Assembly (NCBI GenBank): GCA_902574205.1
Contig: CACGMS010000003.1
Location: 1 to 58,287, forward strand
From: an uncultured Candidatus Hydrogenedens sp.
GTDB taxonomy: Bacteria; Myxococcota; UBA4151
Direction: 5' to 3'
Length of the DNA: 58,287 nucleotides
The position numbers and the translations under genes were made by a program. Position 1 is the first letter of the stretch. Each line of letters starts with the position of its first letter. Under the pieces are notes generated by a model that did no database searches, had not been told where the DNA came from, and saw only the letters and a list, made by a program, of their open reading frames with translations. Positions 16,310 to 25,565 of the stretch are shown here, piece after piece.

Positions 16310-19300
16310 TCACGGGATGCTGACGCTAAAGCCATGACGATCGTTTGCGTTCGCCGGGAAGCTGCCGGTGAGTCCGCCTTGATCCGTCAACCGGATGGTC
16401 CAAGTGTAGTCGGAGTTATGGACCAAGGCTGCCTCTCCACTGAGAGGATCAGGCGGCGCTGCGTAGGCTGTATCCACCGGCACCCAAACGATCGGTCTTA
16501 GACCATGAACAGCGTGCCAAACCAACGCGACGACATCATGATTGGTGTCGCCACCCGCTAGGTGGTTTCCAATTCCATTGACGGTCAATCCGCCAGGAAG
16601 ATTCGCCGAAGACAACGTATCGTCACTAGGGTTTGCCTCAGCTGTGCCTAACCAGGCTTCATTGCCTCCAGAGAGGACGATATAGGTGGTGTCGCTTTGC
16701 GCCACAATACTGCAACCTTCGGTTAGCTCCAGGCTATCTCCTGTGCCGCTCGGAGTAATCGTCCAACTTGGCATGACCACCCCCGGGTTTAGTCGTCCGC
16801 CAAGGACTTGAACAGGATTTCCCGTTCCAGGTACGACTCGATAGTCGTCACTGGCTCCAAGACGTGTAGTTTGGAAGTCCGTAGCAACCGTAACCGGTGC
16901 TCCAGCAGGAATGGATGTGATGGTCCAGGGGTCGCCAGGAACCAACGGTTCATCAAGCACGTAGGTCAACAATTGAGCAAATGATGCGAGGACATGACTT
17001 CGACACCAAAGTAATGCTCGTGAGCCGTCTTCACCTAGAGTACTTAAGCGCACTGATGAACATGACGGAAATCCGGCAATCAGGTTTCGGTCATCCCAGG
17101 TGATTGTCCCGCCAGCGTCTGTACCGAGTAGGTGTTGCCCCGACTGGGTGACACGCAGCCATGTGCCATTCGATAAAGCAGTGATTCCGTCGTTTGAAGA
17201 CCAGGCTACTGGTGCTGCTAATCCCGCCATTTGCGCTAAACTGGATGTCCACACATTGTGGTCAAGGTTGAGAATATGAACCAATTGCGAGTTACCGTGA
17301 CTAAACCAGTAAATATCGTCGTTACGACGTACCGCATCGCCAGCCGCAGCAATTGCGATATTTGGTGGGCGCCAGCGCGGGAAGCGCGCCGTAAAGTCGA
17401 CACCACTGGCTAGGTCTGCCGAAAGGTTTCCGCTGCTCCAGATCACAGTGTTGGTGTTGTTCGAGTAGACTTGCACTTCTGCCGTTCGGCTTTGACTGAT
17501 CTGATTAGTCGTAACGTCAAAGGGATCATTACTGGTTGCAGTGAATTCAGGCCAAAGCTCGAGGCTCACGGCAGGGTCATTGGAGTCATTATCGACTCGC
17601 GGGTTCGTGGGGGTTTCGGGTGCAGTATTCGCCTTGTTGAAGATCGTGTTTCCTGAACTGGTTCGAATGCGATCACAAAAGCTTTCGCTCAGTCGCCAAG
17701 TACAATTTAAGCTGTTGTTTGAGCCTAAGCTCAAAGTGGTGGGTTCCGTGACTGTAAAGGACCCATTATTCGCTGTGGAGTCGGCTTGGTTCGTCTCTGT
17801 TCCGCATGTAAATTGACCGACAACTACCATCGACCCACCATTCGTATTCGATCGTGTCCCTGTCATGATGGGTTGATAATCAGCCAGGCCGGACGAGCGG
17901 TTGTTCACGGATGTGCTAAAGGTAGGGGTCGCTGTCCATGTACCGTCAACAGTATCACCTCGAAGCGTGAAACTTGTACCCGTTATTTGTTGGTTACCCA
18001 CGGCATCACGTGCGCGCAAAGTGACACTGTACTCGGTATGGTTCACCCAATTAAATCCTTGAGGCACAAAACTCCAAGCGCCGTTTACTTCGTTGACCGC
18101 AACATTGGACCCGTCGGCTGGGAATCCAGCCGGTAAAGGGCTAATTTGCACGTTGATCCCTACGGTGTCGGCCGTGCCTCTCAAGCCGGCAAGCGCTGTG
18201 GTTCCTGCATTGAGGCAACGAAAGTTACGCGCAACGCCAAATGTCGCTGCCACAGCGGGTGTGCTTAGACTAGGCGCTGTATCCGGCGCCGTGCTATCGA
18301 CGACCAGGGTAAACGGACTACCGCTGGTAAAACCGGTCGCTGCACTCACATCGTCCGCTCGAGGTGTGAGCACAAATTCATCACCATGGGATGCGCTACC
18401 GGGTACCTGATAGTTGACGGTGGTGGAGAAGTTTACGCCGCTGTTGCCAGCGGTTTCACCCACTAGGGTTGTATTGCCCCCAGCCAAAACACTCAGATCA
18501 ACGGTTTCAATGCCCGAGTTGGGATCGGTAGCACTCAGGTTAACCGCGATGGTCTCACCAGCCACAACCGCAAATCGAGCTCCGCCGAGTTGGCGATTGG
18601 CTCCCAACTGGGGAATCCCAACAATCGAAATGGGTGCAACGTCATCGAGGACACTGAGTAGAGTGGATGCAACGGCCGAGTCATTGGTTGCGACATCGGT
18701 TGATTGAACATGAACCGTGACTTGGGTGCCATGCGTGAGCGTTGATGCGACGGTGAGCTCAGAGTTGGTGGTGGTCGTTGTCGGCGCGCCGAGGATCGTC
18801 CGGCTTATTGGAGAAAAACTACCCTGAGCAGGAACGTCTAAAGAAAAGCTCAGACTTGCCACACCTGAGGATGCATCATTTGCTGTAGCTGTCATCGTCA
18901 CGCCATTGGTCAGACTGACCTGGGTTGGCGGTATAACCCAGCTCACGGTGGGGTTCGTGACATCTCTTATGGTGATGGTGACCGTTGCGGTTCCATCCGT
19001 ACTGAACGTGCTCTGATCCGTAGCGATAACGCTGACATTTTGGCTGCCAAGAGTTCGGCAATCAGCGGGAATGGTCCAGGTTCGCTGTACGCTCTGTTCT
19101 GTCGTCTCGCCGCCGAGGGTGACCGGATGAGGCGCAGAGATCGTTCCGCAGGGAACAGTGAACGACAATCCCGCCAGTCCGCTGCTTGCATCGGTTACGG
19201 TGGCGGTCATCGTGACCGAGGTTGAGACATCGACGGTAGTCCCCGAGAGAATGAGCGCCGTGCTCGGTGCTTCGTCGTCTCTAAGGGTGAGCTGATGTTG

Positions 19301-22300
19301 AACCGATGTTGCTGCATTCCCGGCGCCATCTTGTCCGCCTAAAGTCAGCGTGATCACGCCCGGGGGACAGCCTTGAAGACCACTCAGGGTAAAGGTTTGA
19401 TCGGATAGTGCCGGCCCGTTGCTAACTGCTAGTATGCCGCCGTTGCTGACCGTGCCGCAGCTGCTGTTTAGCGTGATGCGTGCGACCCCAGCGCCAGCGT
19501 CGGTCGCCCGAACTAAGATGTTCGCAGAGGCGCTCGAGTTAACCGTTGTTGGGGGGGATCGGAAACTCACTACTGGATCGGTTGCGTCGACAAGGTTTAG
19601 GCTGAGTGTAGCTGGGTTTGACGTATTCCCTGCAGCATCCACCATGCGGACTTGGACGTCTTGTATACCGACCGAGTCGCAATCGCTCGGTACCGTCCAA
19701 CTCTGACTGACCGACACGAGATTTTTCGGCTGATTATTAAAGCTGTAGGGGCCGGCGCTACCGCAAGGAAGCGTGAATTCAGCGGAGGCTAATCCTGAAC
19801 TCACATCCTGACCGCGGATTTGCAGTTGAATCGAGTCACCGGTGTTGATCTGCACCGGCAAGGGGTTGGTAATGGCGACTTGCGTCGGGGGTTCTACGTC
19901 ATCGACGAGTCGCACAGTTGCCGCTGGTGTGGTCGTGTTCGATTGAGCGGATCCATCGATCGCTGAGGCTTGAAGATTCACCGACAGTTGATGGGTGGCA
20001 TCTGAAGCAACCGGCAACGCAAAGGTGTGCGTGCACACTTCTGTGTTGTTGCAGTTGTGGGTCAACGTTTGATTCAGCTCCGCAGCGCTCAACTCGATCC
20101 GGGCGATACCACTTGAGCGGTCACGAGCCGTGACACGAATGGCGCTGCTGGCGCCCGTGTTGAGTTGATCGGGTAGCGAATTGATTGAGACTTGGATGGG
20201 AGCAGTTCGATCAACGACGCTGAGGCGCAGGTTTCCCGTCGCCGTCAATTGCGTTTGGTTGCCTTCACCATCGGTCGCAGTAAACAGAATGCTGTATTGT
20301 CCTTCTTCGGCATCGCTTGGAATCGCCACGGTGAAGTCTTGGTTCTGGCTGGCGACGCGATCGTTCGGCGTATAGTTGACAGTTTGAGTGCGCTCAATTT
20401 GGTTGTTTGAATTGAATTGATTGATGGTGGTGACATAACTCGTTTGCGCAACAACGCCATTGAGGTCACGCGCTCGGATACGAAGGTTGGCACTTCCACC
20501 GACGGTACCTTCCGTGACCTCAGTGACTGTGATGATCGGTCCAGCCTCATCGCGGATCGTACCCGACGCCGTGATGGTTCGCTGGTTTGACGCGGCAGCC
20601 TGATCGGTGGCGGTTACAGAGACCTCAACAGGCAAGCCCGTGCCGATCGAACCGGGGTTTTCGGCGACCGTACCTGTAAAGACGACTGTCCCTTGATTCA
20701 CTACACTCTGGTTGTTCCATGTAATGTGTTGAACGTTGCTCACTTGAATTCGGGCAATACCGGTTGAGTTGATGTCGGTTGCGTTGACTTCGAGTCGAAC
20801 CGGTCCACCGGGTACTAAGATGTTGGGGTTAAACATCGCCGAAACCGATGGTTGCACGTTATCAACCAGATTAAATTGCACACGTTGTCCATCGCTTGAA
20901 TTACCTGAGTCATCGGTAATCCGAGGGACCGCAGAAATCGTTCCTTCTTTTGCGGTGATAGGAATCGGAATGCTCACGCCAACAGCGTTTGCCTCTTGCG
21001 ATGTGTCGTCATCGAGAACTCTGGTCATCGATTGTGCTCCGACTTCGGTTTGACCCACGAGCAGATCGACGAGGCTGACCGAGGCGATGTAGCGAGCAGC
21101 GTCGGAGCCGCTAATCTGAACACTGGCTTGTCGACCATTGCTCAGATTGAGTGATCCTCCACCGCTCACTTGAGATAGCCTTGGTGGTTGGTTGTCTTGA
21201 GGTAAAAATGAGAGCGTTGAAGAGGATGGGTTGGGTGGAGTCGCATTATCCCAAACGGTGACTCGAGCGGTCCAATCTGTGATCGCTCTAAGATCGTTTG
21301 GCGTCGGTAGCTGAAGGATCATTGGACTGGCGTAAGCATCCAGCTGGTTTTGCGCCGGATCAATCGATTCGACCTCACTCTCGACCGCTGGATCACCTTG
21401 TGAGTTTTCGACGCGAAGTTGGAGCCGTGAGATGGCGCCAAAGGTATCGGTTGCGCTTACACTGACGCGTAAACGCCCGCCGACTTCAGGTTGCGCCGGC
21501 GAGCCTGACTCATCGAGCAAGACAATGTTCGTGATGCTGGGCGCCACATCGTCATTAATCTCAAGGTTAAACGGTTCGGCGAGCCCTGCGTTGTGATCGG
21601 CGCCAGTACCCACATCATCAAACCCGCCGGCGATGAGGTTAAAGCCCTGGCCGTCTGGACCGTCAGGTGCCTGAATTTGAAAATTTTGCTCCAGGCTGCT
21701 GCTCAGGTCTGGACAAGCATCTTCGTCAGGTGGTGGTGCCGGGGGAGAACCATCAACTTGTGTCCACAACTGGCGCATATTGCTGTGCTCATCGACGCCC
21801 TGGACTGTGACCTCCAACTGCGCCCCGGGATGGACCCCATCACCAGGGGTCAGTGCCCGCGCTGTTTGTCCATCAATTAGCCAGCGAACCCGGGTAATCG
21901 TGACCTCGGGTGCTGTTGTATCAGCACAGGTTCCAATACATAGTTGACGCGCTTCGATCGCCGTTTTGTTGGCGGTTGCAGCACGGTCGGCAACTTCGAG
22001 GAGGTCAATGGCTAAGGTGCCACTACGCAGTCCGACAGGAACCGGAACAGCGATGATGGCAATTTCATCATCAGCCTGCGGAACGAATCCAGTTAGACTG
22101 CCCGAGATGGTTTTTGTGATGCAGCCATTGCTCAAGATGCGCAGTCGGTAGTTCAGCGCTGCCGCTCCGCTGTGCCGATCATAGACGCGCACTCTCAAAG
22201 CAATCGCACGGTCTGGGATCAACCGCTCGGGTTGAAGCAGCTGAACTTCTGGTGCCGAGGTGTCGGCGACGGTTGCTTGGTGAACAGGCGAGCGAGCAAA

Positions 22301-22681
22301 GCGTCGAGCTGGACCGTCATCTTGAGCCTGAGCCTCAAACTGAAGGTTGCTTCCATCGCGGCCGAACTCGGCAGGTAGCTCCAGCACAGTGGTGGCGTCA
22401 CCACAATCGACGCTCGGATCGAGTCGAACACAGACGATGCCTTCACTCGTTCCTGTAATGGACGCGCTGAAGCGTTGGCTCGATCCACTTCGTGAAACCT
22501 CCAGGTGAAGACTACTAATCTGTCGCTCAAGCGGTGCGGTTGCGCTGAGCGTAAAGCGATTAGACTCCGCAGTGCGTAGTTCCGTGGGACCTTGGAGTGT
22601 GACGGTTGGACTGCTGGTGTCTACGACCACGGTCGGCGCAGAGCAGGATGCAAGAACCAAGATAGAGAACAGTTTTTTCAT
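16310..22681 (-). CDS. Giant surface lipoprotein with ~15 tandem Ig-like repeats and a C-terminal head domain
   Basis: MKKLFSILVLAS-C lipobox; repeats of ~100-120 aa opening with D-x-x-x-P (DTSSP, DTSAP, DTTAP, DDVAP, DNQPP, DNVQP, DEAGP, DRTAP, DDVEP, DATDP, DDEAP, DVTNP, DDVAP, DSTAP) and closing with A.D..GN-type strands. Confidence 0.85.
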   Translation of the reverse strand: MKKLFSILVLASCSAPTVVVDTSSPTVTLQGPTELRTAESNRFTLSATAPLERQISSLHLEVSRSGSSQRFSASITGTSEGIVCVRLDPSVDCGDATTVLELPAEFGRDGSNLQFEAQAQDDGPARRFARSPVHQATVADTSAPEVQLLQPERLIPDRAIALRVRVYDRHSGAAALNYRLRILSNGCITKTISGSLTGFVPQADDEIAIIAVPVPVGLRSGTLAIDLLEVADRAATANKTAIEARQLCIGTCADTTAPEVTITRVRWLIDGQTARALTPGDGVHPGAQLEVTVQGVDEHSNMRQLWTQVDGSPPAPPPDEDACPDLSSSLEQNFQIQAPDGPDGQGFNLIAGGFDDVGTGADHNAGLAEPFNLEINDDVAPSITNIVLLDESGSPAQPEVGGRLRVSVSATDTFGAISRLQLRVENSQGDPAVESEVESIDPAQNQLDAYASPMILQLPTPNDLRAITDWTARVTVWDNATPPNPSSSTLSFLPQDNQPPRLSQVSGGGSLNLSNGRQASVQISGSDAARYIASVSLVDLLVGQTEVGAQSMTRVLDDDTSQEANAVGVSIPIPITAKEGTISAVPRITDDSGNSSDGQRVQFNLVDNVQPSVSAMFNPNILVPGGPVRLEVNATDINSTGIARIQVSNVQHITWNNQSVVNQGTVVFTGTVAENPGSIGTGLPVEVSVTATDQAAASNQRTITASGTIRDEAGPIITVTEVTEGTVGGSANLRIRARDLNGVVAQTSYVTTINQFNSNNQIERTQTVNYTPNDRVASQNQDFTVAIPSDAEEGQYSILFTATDGEGNQTQLTATGNLRLSVVDRTAPIQVSINSLPDQLNTGASSAIRVTARDRSSGIARIELSAAELNQTLTHNCNNTEVCTHTFALPVASDATHQLSVNLQASAIDGSAQSNTTTPAATVRLVDDVEPPTQVAITNPLPVQINTGDSIQLQIRGQDVSSGLASAEFTLPCGSAGPYSFNNQPKNLVSVSQSWTVPSDCDSVGIQDVQVRMVDAAGNTSNPATLSLNLVDATDPVVSFRSPPTTVNSSASANILVRATDAGAGVARITLNSSCGTVSNGGILAVSNGPALSDQTFTLSGLQGCPPGVITLTLGGQDGAGNAATSVQHQLTLRDDEAPSTALILSGTTVDVSTSVTMTATVTDASSGLAGLSFTVPCGTISAPHPVTLGGETTEQSVQRTWTIPADCRTLGSQNVSVIATDQSTFSTDGTATVTITIRDVTNPTVSWVIPPTQVSLTNGVTMTATANDASSGVASLSFSLDVPAQGSFSPISRTILGAPTTTTTNSELTVASTLTHGTQVTVHVQSTDVATNDSAVASTLLSVLDDVAPISIVGIPQLGANRQLGGARFAVVAGETIAVNLSATDPNSGIETVDLSVLAGGNTTLVGETAGNSGVNFSTTVNYQVPGSASHGDEFVLTPRADDVSAATGFTSGSPFTLVVDSTAPDTAPSLSTPAVAATFGVARNFRCLNAGTTALAGLRGTADTVGINVQISPLPAGFPADGSNVAVNEVNGAWSFVPQGFNWVNHTEYSVTLRARDAVGNQQITGTSFTLRGDTVDGTWTATPTFSTSVNNRSSGLADYQPIMTGTRSNTNGGSMVVVGQFTCGTETNQADSTANNGSFTVTEPTTLSLGSNNSLNCTWRLSESFCDRIRTSSGNTIFNKANTAPETPTNPRVDNDSNDPAVSLELWPEFTATSNDPFDVTTNQISQSRTAEVQVYSNNTNTVIWSSGNLSADLASGVDFTARFPRWRPPNIAIAAAGDAVRRNDDIYWFSHGNSQLVHILNLDHNVWTSSLAQMAGLAAPVAWSSNDGITALSNGTWLRVTQSGQHLLGTDAGGTITWDDRNLIAGFPSCSSVRLSTLGEDGSRALLWCRSHVLASFAQLLTYVLDEPLVPGDPWTITSIPAGAPVTVATDFQTTRLGASDDYRVVPGTGNPVQVLGGRLNPGVVMPSWTITPSGTGDSLELTEGCSIVAQSDTTYIVLSGGNEAWLGTAEANPSDDTLSSANLPGGLTVNGIGNHLAGGDTNHDVVALVWHAVHGLRPIVWVPVDTAYAAPPDPLSGEAALVHNSDYTWTIRLTDQGGLTGSFPANANDRHGFSVSIP

Positions 22682-22758
22682 CGTGCAGGAAGTGTTGCGC
22701 ATGCGAGCGCGCACGGCAAGGTTGTCGATCGCTGATCTGCTCAAATTTTTTGATTTAG

Positions 22759-25341
22759 CTAAAATAAACCAGCGAGCGGGCGCATCACCCGTTTGAAGTC
22801 CAGACTAAAGCCGAGCGAAAATTGATGGTCACCAAAAGCGCTTGAATCGGCGCTGTCATGGGTTTGCCAGATTGTATGAGCAATCACGATCGCTGATCGC
22901 AGGTTTCCGGCGACGGGAATTGCGAGTTCGAGCCGTTCACCAACAGCCCAAAGCAGTGTGTTTGGCAGCGGCTCGTTTTCCGGAAGATAATAACGGGCAT
23001 CGATAAGCAGTCGAGCCTCGATACCAGCAACTTTACGTCGCCAGTCCATCAGGCCAGAGACGGCAAATCGCCAGCCCGGTAGGGCGGTCGTTGATGTGGG
23101 GTTAGGGGGAGTGAGGATGCGTGTGAGATCTTGAGATCCTGTGGCTGCCAATCGAGCTTCATGCAGTCTTTTTGTCTTGGGTATTGCCAGCCCTGTGTTG
23201 AGCTCGAGCCGTGTTTGACGGGGGGTTTCAACTTCCGAATTGGGATCTCCAGCTGTCCACTCACTATCCCAGACCACGTTGGTAAAGGGGCGCACTTTTC
23301 CTTTTGCGTGAATAGCTTCCAACGTTAGTGACCAGTCATCGAGCGATTCTTTATCGAGAGCAGCTACGCCGTTGTCTTCGGGAAAGAGGTCTCGTGTGTA
23401 CGCAGCGACACCACGCACGCTCACTTCGAGGTCTTTGATCGGTTGAATCAAGCGCAGATCCAGATGCCCGCCGATGCTCGTTCGGCTAGGTTGATTTGTG
23501 CGAGGGTCTTCGAGTGTTCGATGGGCTACGGGGGCTCGTAATTCCTGACTAAAGGCACTCAATTGCAGTTTGTCGATGCGCAAGACCGTACGAGTACGAG
23601 TCGCGGGCATGCGCATCAGGGACAGCACCCGAGTTCGAGGATCACTCTTGAGTTGCCTCTCAAGCAACGGAAGCAAAACACGCGGCAGCGTCTTACGGTC
23701 GCTTTTGTGACTGACTAGTCGACCGTTGGACAGGGTTACCCACTCTCGGTTTTGGTTGCCGATTCGACTCTTGAGTTGGTCCGCAATTTGGGCTGTAGTG
23801 ATCACCTTTACGGGGCGGCCTGAGCTCAGCTTTTCGCGGCTTCTCCAGGCGAAGACCTGCGACTTCAATACGGTAGCGATTGTACCTCCATCAGCTGTCA
23901 GGGAGACCAAGGGGGATGGGATAACGAGTCGCCCGAGAAGATCGAGGCGAGATAAACCACCTGGCAGGACTAAGAAGGGGTTCATCTTAGGTAAGACGAG
24001 CGCGTCAGCTTGAGCTGCGCGTAAGATCACACCAGCGACTAAGTCAGTGGTCCTCTCAGCGTCGTATTTCGTCTTGTCGAGGGCAGGGACCAGCGGTTTA
24101 GATAAGGTTGGATACAGGTTGTGACGCACTGCATTGACCTGTCGAGCAAGCGCAGGGGACGCTGGCACCCGCTCGTCGATTGTATGGACCTCAACCGAGG
24201 CATGCATGGCACCGAGCTTGAGTTCGGTAATTGCATTGGTCGGTATTCGAATGAGAACTGGCGACTGGCGATGGTGCAGCGCGTGCTTGTATTCGGGAAG
24301 AGCGAACGAACCGGTTCGAGGTTTGAGGTTCAAGCTCCCGGGGATCGCGATTAGTTGGATCCGTGAGTCATCAAGATAAGGTGCCGCATCTTGTGCGCTT
24401 CGTGCCAGCATAATCACGCGATGGATCGGACCCTTCTGGCTGAGGTGTTTCAGCACCTTATCAATACGTTTACTGTGTTCTTTATGAGGTATTTGTTTCC
24501 CGATTGAGGTGATTGCCAGTAAGGCCACGCGTTGGTTTCCTCGCACGATGATAGCACCTTGCTGCTCAATCGGGTTGTCTTTGCCAAAGGTGTTCAGTGC
24601 ACTCGTTCTTAAGCGTGAAAGTTCAGCTTTGAGTTGGCTTGGTGCAACCACCGAATCGTTCGGTCCGAGTAATAGGTATTCTGGACCTTTTTGGGCGAGC
24701 CCATTGACGGTTGTTTCACGATGTAGGCTGGGTCCATCACGAACCCACGACCAACCTTCGAGTAAGTTTCCTAAACTAACCCACAGGTTCATCGGGTCCT
24801 GCCGTCTCAGTTGATCCAAAGCGTAAAACCGACGCGACCCATCACCAATCGGTCGCGAAATCTCAGTAATTGGGCCCGTGGTTCCAAGTTGGCCTTCCGC
24901 TCGCCAGCGGATCTCCCATTGGTCCAGCTGTTGGTTAAGTGCGTGATCTTGAGCCGATGAACTATTGCTCAAAACAAAGCACTTCAGTGGCGGAGTGTTT
25001 GTCGCTGACCACTGTTCTTGGATGGCTTCAAGCCAGTGGGGTTTAACTCTTAAAACGGTCGCAAGCCTAAGGCTTTTCTTCCGTGTAATGAGCCATGATA
25101 GTGGCGTTTTTAATACCCAAATCTTTTCGCTAACGGTGCGTTTAAGCGGTATCTTTAATTGCCGCTGAAACGCATGGAGATCGCTCGATAGGCATGCTCG
25201 GCCGCCATGTGTCATCGCTCCATAACCCGTTTGTTCGAGCCGAACATCCTCTAATGCCGGCAAAATAGGTACAAACTGGCGCCCTGAGACTCCATCACTA
25301 TCAGCTGTAATTAGGAGCGATAAGCTTGCCAACCAGACCAT
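22759..25341 (-). CDS. Degenerate 5'-nucleotidase (UshA-like) domains fused to a C-terminal outer-membrane beta-barrel
   Basis: Spacing of metallophosphoesterase motifs is kept but the ligands are lost (VSLGNLLEG, LLGPND, MLARS, IAIPGS). A nucleotidase C-domain follows (DLVAGVILRAAQADA..., G.LSRLDL....), then ~270 aa of amphipathic strands ending FSLGFSLDF. Confidence 0.6.
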   Translation of the reverse strand: MVWLASLSLLITADSDGVSGRQFVPILPALEDVRLEQTGYGAMTHGGRACLSSDLHAFQRQLKIPLKRTVSEKIWVLKTPLSWLITRKKSLRLATVLRVKPHWLEAIQEQWSATNTPPLKCFVLSNSSSAQDHALNQQLDQWEIRWRAEGQLGTTGPITEISRPIGDGSRRFYALDQLRRQDPMNLWVSLGNLLEGWSWVRDGPSLHRETTVNGLAQKGPEYLLLGPNDSVVAPSQLKAELSRLRTSALNTFGKDNPIEQQGAIIVRGNQRVALLAITSIGKQIPHKEHSKRIDKVLKHLSQKGPIHRVIMLARSAQDAAPYLDDSRIQLIAIPGSLNLKPRTGSFALPEYKHALHHRQSPVLIRIPTNAITELKLGAMHASVEVHTIDERVPASPALARQVNAVRHNLYPTLSKPLVPALDKTKYDAERTTDLVAGVILRAAQADALVLPKMNPFLVLPGGLSRLDLLGRLVIPSPLVSLTADGGTIATVLKSQVFAWRSREKLSSGRPVKVITTAQIADQLKSRIGNQNREWVTLSNGRLVSHKSDRKTLPRVLLPLLERQLKSDPRTRVLSLMRMPATRTRTVLRIDKLQLSAFSQELRAPVAHRTLEDPRTNQPSRTSIGGHLDLRLIQPIKDLEVSVRGVAAYTRDLFPEDNGVAALDKESLDDWSLTLEAIHAKGKVRPFTNVVWDSEWTAGDPNSEVETPRQTRLELNTGLAIPKTKRLHEARLAATGSQDLTRILTPPNPTSTTALPGWRFAVSGLMDWRRKVAGIEARLLIDARYYLPENEPLPNTLLWAVGERLELAIPVAGNLRSAIVIAHTIWQTHDSADSSAFGDHQFSLGFSLDFKRVMRPLAGLF

Positions 25342-25391
25342 GGTTTTGACCTATCGAAGCTCGTTTCTATCGACAAGAGATATGCACTTGC

Positions 25392-25417
25392 CGGTCGGCC
25401 GCTAAATCAGTCCTTTA
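25392..25417 (-). promoter_or_regulatory. Weak candidate sigma28-type promoter for the 8-gene minus-strand block
   Basis: Minus strand TAAA-N14-GCCGACCG, ending 51 nt before ATG25341; the -10 matches only 5/8. Confidence 0.3.
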
Positions 25418-25565
25418 GGTTGCCCTTCTTTCAGTAGAGTTAGTCCTCAAAAGTGAAAATTAAGCAGAAAAAAAGTTTTTGAGTAAATGCTGGGGCGGCC
25501 GCGTGCCGATCGCCTTTGAAGGGACGCGAATAAACACACAGGATTTAGGAAAGGCCATAGCGATC

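Noticed and set aside
22682-22744. Longer upstream starts given by the ORF track (also for xseB, ddl, sctT, sctQ, nrdJ, SDR, flagellin, batA, batB, CBM9-like)
   Set aside because: Downstream starts fit RBS spacing, stop/start overlaps or signal peptides better.
25536-25551. Possible NrdR box ACACAGGATTTAGGAA before nrdJ
   Set aside because: About 10/16 match and no second tandem box; too weak to call.
25342-25565. Cobalamin riboswitch upstream of nrdJ
   Set aside because: No B12-box or GGGAA/GCCACTG elements seen.
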